Translations under genes and position numbers: made by a program
Shown: in pieces, positions 27,678 to 32,000 of the stretch
Numbering within the stretch: the first letter of the stretch is position 1
Layout: each line of letters opens with the position of its first letter
NCBI RefSeq assembly: GCF_008065095.1
Contig: NZ_CP042911.1
Coordinates: forward strand, 3,210,001-3,242,000
DNA from: Gemmata obscuriglobus
GTDB lineage: Bacteria > Planctomycetota > Planctomycetia > Gemmatales > Gemmataceae
Direction: 5' to 3'
Length of the DNA: 32,000 nt
The notes under the pieces: model-generated
What the model was told of the DNA's origin: nothing
The model's input: only the letters and a program-made list of their open reading frames with translations
Database searches by the model: none

Positions 27678-28952
27678 CCGTCCCCTCCCCGAACAGAAAC
27701 CCGGCCATCACCCGCACGCGCTCCATCGTGTGGTAGAAATCGACTACCCGTTGCCACGCCAGCCGCTCCCCGGTGCGGGGGTGCGTCATGGTCGCGAGCA
27801 CCCGCTGGTAATACCCGGTCTCATGATCCCCCGCGTCGGTGACATACGCGAGCCGCGGCACCGGTCCGGTCCACGCACGCAAGACCGCCTCGATCAGGGC
27901 CGTCAGTTGGGCGCTCATCCGCCCCTGGCCGTGCTCCGGTACGAACGCCAGATACACGGTCCCCAGCCGCTTCCCGGTCCGGTCCAGGACCGTCACCGTG
28001 GCACACGACGCCACTTCGTACAACCGGCGCCGATACTCGCGCAGGGTGATCCCATCTCGTCCGACCCAGAGCACCGGCTTGCGGCTCCCGGAACGGCGGT
28101 TGGCTTGGTCCAACAGGTTCAACAGCTTCGCCACCTGCAATCCGTGACGGGCCTCGGCCATCTCCCCGGACAGATGGGCGGCCAGGGTGCGCAGGCGCGC
28201 CGTCCCCATCGACACATGGTGCTGAGCCCGCAACCGCGCGTGCACCACGTGTTGCGTGGCCCCGGCTTCGGCCAGGTATCGGCCGGCCCGCTCGGCCAGT
28301 GCCGGGGTGGCGTTCGCGACCACTCCGAGGGTCCGGGCCAGCGGGGCAACCGCCCGCTCCGCCGAGTCCCGATGGACCGGGCGATACAGGTGCCGCCACA
28401 GGTCGATCGGGCCGAACAGCGTGTCCACGTGCCGACGCGTCTTCGCCTTATGGAGGCGGAGCTCGTCACCTCCGGACGGGAGGTGGGAAGGCAACGCGTC
28501 CGGGTCGCCCCCTTCGAGCCCGTTGCACACGCACGCCATCGCTTCCCGGCCCAGTTCCTTGAGTCGAGCTTCGATGCGGTGCTCGAGTTCGAACACGGTC
28601 GTCGGGCTGATCGGTTGCGCGCAGAAGGTGACGACCTCTCGCACGAGGGCGCGGAAGTGCTCCGCGAGCCGGTTCTCGAGTTGCGGGCGGATCTCCTGGG
28701 GGAGCAAGGTCGCGGGGGCGTCGGGCGCAACAGCCCCGGTGGACAGGAGCGTGGCCAAGTGGGTACTGTAAGTCATCGTCGCGTCCGTGCGGGGCGTGTG
28801 GTTGTAGAGGTACCTCCATTCCGCCCGCCGGACGCGGCGTTGCCCACCCCAATCCGGCACTCAACGAACAACCTCAATCGAACTCCCGGCATCGCAACGC
28901 CGACGCGCACTCGAAAACGGCTCGAAAGCGCGCACCAGCCAGATCACACCCC

Positions 28953-29394
28953 ATTGCCCGCACCGTGCCCACGACGGTTACGACGGGCTTGGTTCGCCAG
29001 CGGTCGAACGTGGCGGCCTCGGCGCAGTGGGGGCAGGTGGTCGAGGAACCGTGGTACCCCCTTTTTTCCGCCCCTCGAGGGCGTGCTGGAGTGCCTTGGC
29101 TCCGATCCCCAGGACGATGTCGCGGACCGTGTACTCGGTGGCACCGAAGGTGTTCGAATCGTTCTTGGTCGCGAGTAGGTTCGCCAGTTCTCGGAGGTCA
29201 TCAACGGCAGCCTGTTGGAGCGCCGCGAAAAGCCGATCCGCCTCCGCTTGTTGCTCGGACGTGAGAACCTCTGGAGTGATGCGTCGGGCCATCGGACGGC
29301 TCCTGACAGGAGGAAATTTGGACTCACACTCATCCTCCCGTACTCGTGTCAAAAAAGCCACCGTCTTCTGTGACGCTCACCCGGATCACACCCC
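28953..29394 (-). mobile_element. Fragment of a second ISKra4-like element (right end plus 5' part of the transposase gene, start at 29292), truncated by the IS ending at 28952
   Basis: MARRITPEVLTSEQQ...FGATEYTVRDIVLGIGAKALQHALEGRKKGG, then, after a frameshift in the A6G5 run, YHGSSTTCPHCAEAATFDRWRTKPVVTVVGTV. The terminal sequence ...CCGGATCACACCCC (ending 29394) shares 14 nt with the neighbouring IS terminus. Confidence 0.6.
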
Positions 29395-29488
29395 ATCACG
29401 GTTGTTACTTTCGCCCCGCTCGGGCGTCTGTGTATACTGAACCCCATATTGTGCAACCACTTGAACCGAAGCCGCGTGAGGCCGCTCC

Positions 29489-32000
29489 ATGGTGCCTGTT
29501 CTTCGATCCGCTGCGGTTCTACTCCTCGCGGCCGGCGTCGCGGTGCCGCTGGTCGGCGCCCAACCGCCTGCGCCCGGCGCCGCCGAGGCCGACGTGAAGG
29601 CCCTCCGCGAGACGTTCCAGACCGAGCGCGAACAGGCGGTCAAGGCCAAGTTCCCCGCGGACACGCTCGCGAAGGCCGACGAGCTGTTGAAGCGCGCCGA
29701 CGAGGCCGCGAAGGGCGAGAACTACAAGGCCGCGCTGCGGCACGTCCGCGACGCCCGCTGGCAGCTCCCGTACCTGCCGTCCGGGCTGCCGCCACACGTC
29801 ACCCGGGTGCTGGGCGAGGCCCGGATGCGCCACTCCGACCGCGTCAACGCGCTGGCCTACAGCCCCGATGGGCGGCTCGCGTCGGCCAGTTGCGACTTCA
29901 CCGTCAAGATCTGGGACCTCGGCAACGGCCGCGAGCTGGTCACCTACCGCGGCCACGTCGATCAGACCGACGACCCCACGAAGACCAGTACGAACGTACT
30001 CGGCGCGACCGACGTGGCGTTCCACCCGAAAGGGAACGTGGTCGCGTCGGCGAGCGGGAACCAAGTTCACCTCTGGCACCCGACGACCGGTAAGCTCATC
30101 AAGGTGCTGCTCCACCTGGGCAAGACCGACAAGCCCATCACGAGCATCGCGTTCAGCCCCGACGGCGAGCTGCTCGCGGTCGGCGGCGACGACTTCATCC
30201 TGCGGGTGATTGAGTCCGACAGCGGGAAGGAAGTGTTCAAGAGCAACTCGCGGAACGCCCGCATCGAGCGGGTCGCGTTCTCGCCCAACGGCAAACTGGT
30301 CGCGCTCGGCGACAACAACTCTCAGGTGGCGGTGTACGTGCCCCGGGGCAAGGGCAACCAGCTCGCGATGAGCGTGCAGGGCGTGGACCGGGGCGGGGTG
30401 TTCGGGGTGGCGTTCGCGGCCGACAGCGGGAGCGTGTTCACCTGCGGGCTGGACGAGAAGGCCCGCCTCACGGCGGGGCCTGACCCCGACGGCAAGAGCG
30501 CCGGGAACACGGCGACCAAGCTCCGCGAGTTCGTCGGGCACAGCGGCGCGGTCAACCGGCTGGCGGTGACGGCCGACGGCAAAACTCTGGTGACCTGCGG
30601 CGAGGACCGGACGGTTCGCGTGTGGGACGTGGCCAGCGGGAAGGCGCTGCGGTCGTTCCAGGGGCACATGACGAAGGCCATCGCGGTCGCGGTGCGCGGC
30701 GACGGGCAGCAGGTGGCGTCCGCGTCCGAGGACGGGGCCGTCCGCGTCTGGGACCTGAACGCCACCGACGAGCACCGCGCCCTGAAGGACGCGAAGGAGT
30801 CGCTGTGGGCGGTCGCGGCCTCGCCGGACGGGAAGTGGGTCGCGGCCGCCGGGGCGGACCGGAGCATCCGCGTGTACAGCATGGAGGCCGGCAAGCTCGA
30901 AGCCACCATCGACGCCGGCGCCGCGATGACCGCACTGGTGTTCCTGGACGGCAACCGGCTGGTGGCAAGCGGCGGCGACAAGGTCGTGAAGGTGTGGGAC
31001 CTCGCCGCGAAGAAGGTGCTCAAGGAGCTGAGCGGGCACACGCTCGCGGTGCTGACGGTGGCGGCGTCCCCAGACGGGAACCTGGTGGTGTCCGGTTCGG
31101 CCGACGCGAGCGTCCGCGGGTTCGCCCCGGACTCCGGAAAAGAGGTCTGGAAGTGGTCCGCGCGCAAGGCCGCGGTGGCGGTGGCGGTTCGGGCGGACGG
31201 GAAGCGGGTCGCGGTGGGCATCGCGGACGGCGGCCTGTCCGTGCTGGACGTGAGCGGCCCCGCGCCGCGCGAGCTTTCGACGCTGGCGGCGCACACCGCC
31301 GGCACGACGTGCGTCGCGTTCAGCCCGGACGGGAACCGGCTCGCGAGTGTGGGCGGGGACGGGGCGCTGCGGGTGTGGTCGGTGGGCACGGACGGGGCGC
31401 TCACGCAGCTCGTGCGGTTCGACGGCCCGGTCACCACGACCGGCACCGCCGCCGCGCCGCTCTCGACCGTCGCGTTCGCCCCCGACGGCCGGTACGTCGC
31501 CACCGCCGGGGCCGACGCGGTGGTCCGGGTGTGGGACATTCAGACCAAGAGCGAGGCGCGCGGGCTTCGCGGCCACACGGACTGGGTGACGTCCGTGGCG
31601 TTCAGCCCCAACGGCCAGTCGCTCGTGGCCGTCGCCGCGGAGAAGGACAACACGCTCCGCATCTTTGAGCTGCCGCAACTGGACGCCGCCAGCGCGGCCG
31701 GCGGCCACATGCTCGCGGTCAACGCGGTGGCCGTCAGCCCGAACGGGAAGCTCGTCGCGACCGCCGCGATCGACCACACCATCAAGGTCTGGGACATCGC
31801 GACCGGCAAGGAGGTGGCCACGCTCGTGGGCAACGCGGACACCCCGTTCGCGGTGTCGTTCGTGGGGAACGACGCGCTGGTGATGGGTGGCCGCGTGCCG
31901 ACCCGCGACAGCGGGCGGCTGCACCTCTGGGCGCTGAACCCGTCGCGCTCGACCGCGGTGCCGACCGGCGAGGTGTACACGGTGGTGACCGCGTCCGACG
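29489..32000 (+). CDS. Secreted WD40-repeat protein, 3'-partial. It is not in the ORF track because no stop is reached.
   Basis: ATG 29489 gives MVPVLRSAAVLLLAAGVAVPLVGAQPPAP (signal-like), then a helical region, then many repeats of the type H...V..VAFSPDG..LAS.S.D.T+++WD (for example FTVKIWDL, RTVRVWDV, GAVRVWDL, KVVKVWDL, AVVRVWDI, HTIKVWDI). The 801-aa minus ORF 29519..31924 is its antisense shadow. Confidence 0.88.
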   Translation, partial: MVPVLRSAAVLLLAAGVAVPLVGAQPPAPGAAEADVKALRETFQTEREQAVKAKFPADTLAKADELLKRADEAAKGENYKAALRHVRDARWQLPYLPSGLPPHVTRVLGEARMRHSDRVNALAYSPDGRLASASCDFTVKIWDLGNGRELVTYRGHVDQTDDPTKTSTNVLGATDVAFHPKGNVVASASGNQVHLWHPTTGKLIKVLLHLGKTDKPITSIAFSPDGELLAVGGDDFILRVIESDSGKEVFKSNSRNARIERVAFSPNGKLVALGDNNSQVAVYVPRGKGNQLAMSVQGVDRGGVFGVAFAADSGSVFTCGLDEKARLTAGPDPDGKSAGNTATKLREFVGHSGAVNRLAVTADGKTLVTCGEDRTVRVWDVASGKALRSFQGHMTKAIAVAVRGDGQQVASASEDGAVRVWDLNATDEHRALKDAKESLWAVAASPDGKWVAAAGADRSIRVYSMEAGKLEATIDAGAAMTALVFLDGNRLVASGGDKVVKVWDLAAKKVLKELSGHTLAVLTVAASPDGNLVVSGSADASVRGFAPDSGKEVWKWSARKAAVAVAVRADGKRVAVGIADGGLSVLDVSGPAPRELSTLAAHTAGTTCVAFSPDGNRLASVGGDGALRVWSVGTDGALTQLVRFDGPVTTTGTAAAPLSTVAFAPDGRYVATAGADAVVRVWDIQTKSEARGLRGHTDWVTSVAFSPNGQSLVAVAAEKDNTLRIFELPQLDAASAAGGHMLAVNAVAVSPNGKLVATAAIDHTIKVWDIATGKEVATLVGNADTPFAVSFVGNDALVMGGRVPTRDSGRLHLWALNPSRSTAVPTGEVYTVVTASD

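Larger units (their letters stand above)
25757..28776 (-). pseudogene. ISKra4-family-like transposase, interrupted by the IS at 26198-27677
   Basis: N-terminal part from 28776 (MTYSTHL...VTVLDRTGKRLGTVYLAFVPEHGQ...PRLAYVTDAGDHETGYYQRVL...VDFYHTMERVRVMAGFLFGEGT). C-terminal part from 26197 (AQARGWARRMGGLLKKPNGPFRVLH...PLGSGISEAACKTIFTQRLKRSGMRWTKTGAQVILNLRVVLLSGIW). After removing 1484 nt, 1536 nt (512 codons) remain in one frame. Confidence 0.8.
25731..28952 (-). mobile_element. ISKra4-like insertion sequence, about 1.74 kb without its nested insert
   Basis: Inverted repeats: GGGGTGTGATCCGGCTGGTGCGC (25731-) versus the reverse complement of the right end, GGGGTGTGATCTGGCTGGTGCGC (-28952). 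It encloses a split transposase gene. Confidence 0.8.

Noticed and set aside
27580-29178. 532-aa plus-strand ORF
   Set aside because: It is antisense to the ISKra4-like transposase frames and has low-complexity Arg/Pro/Gly content.

Overview
High-GC bacterial chromosome segment. The gene content and IS types suggest a Planctomycetota/Gemmata-like genome, but that is inference only. All product calls come from motifs read in the supplied translations and recalled from memory; no search was run.

The window has two parts.

(1) Positions 1-19.5 kb are an ordinary housekeeping backbone:
- a 5'-partial hypothetical gene;
- a minus-strand feoA-feoA-feoB operon with a Cys-rich mini-protein;
- a minus-strand uppS-cdsA-phoH run, then purA;
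- an NmrA-like SDR, a PBP4-type DD-peptidase and a GH16 glucanase;
- an AT-richer patch with tRNA-Met/Ile2(CAU) and tRNA-Gly(CCC);
- tatA;
- a marR gene whose stop overlaps (ATGA) the start of a tandem-domain esterase;
- a flavodoxin-like gene.

(2) Positions 19.58-29.4 kb begin at tRNA-Val(CAC) and are a graveyard of mobile-element debris:
- a tyrosine integrase with an in-frame TAG;
- an IS1-like transposase remnant split by an intact IS4/IS701-type IS;
- a stand-alone tRNA-Asp;
- a decayed Old-Yellow-Enzyme gene;
- an orphan ORF with one in-frame TGA;
- a truncated IS3 element;
- an ISKra4-like IS whose transposase is split by another IS (removing that IS and one CCGT duplication restores the reading frame);
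- a second ISKra4-like fragment.

A secreted WD40-repeat gene then runs off the 3' end.

I did not find a convincing multi-gene novel system. The least explained signals are:
- a palindromic repeat of about 110 bp, built from 9-bp-phased ACAGGAT heptamers, with copies on both sides of dacB;
- a 56-nt perfect palindrome after tatA;
- the orphan ORF at 24.5-25.3 kb;
- the roughly 660-bp non-coding spacer upstream of purA.

Many long ORFs in the six-frame track are GC-driven antisense shadows and are not reported as genes.
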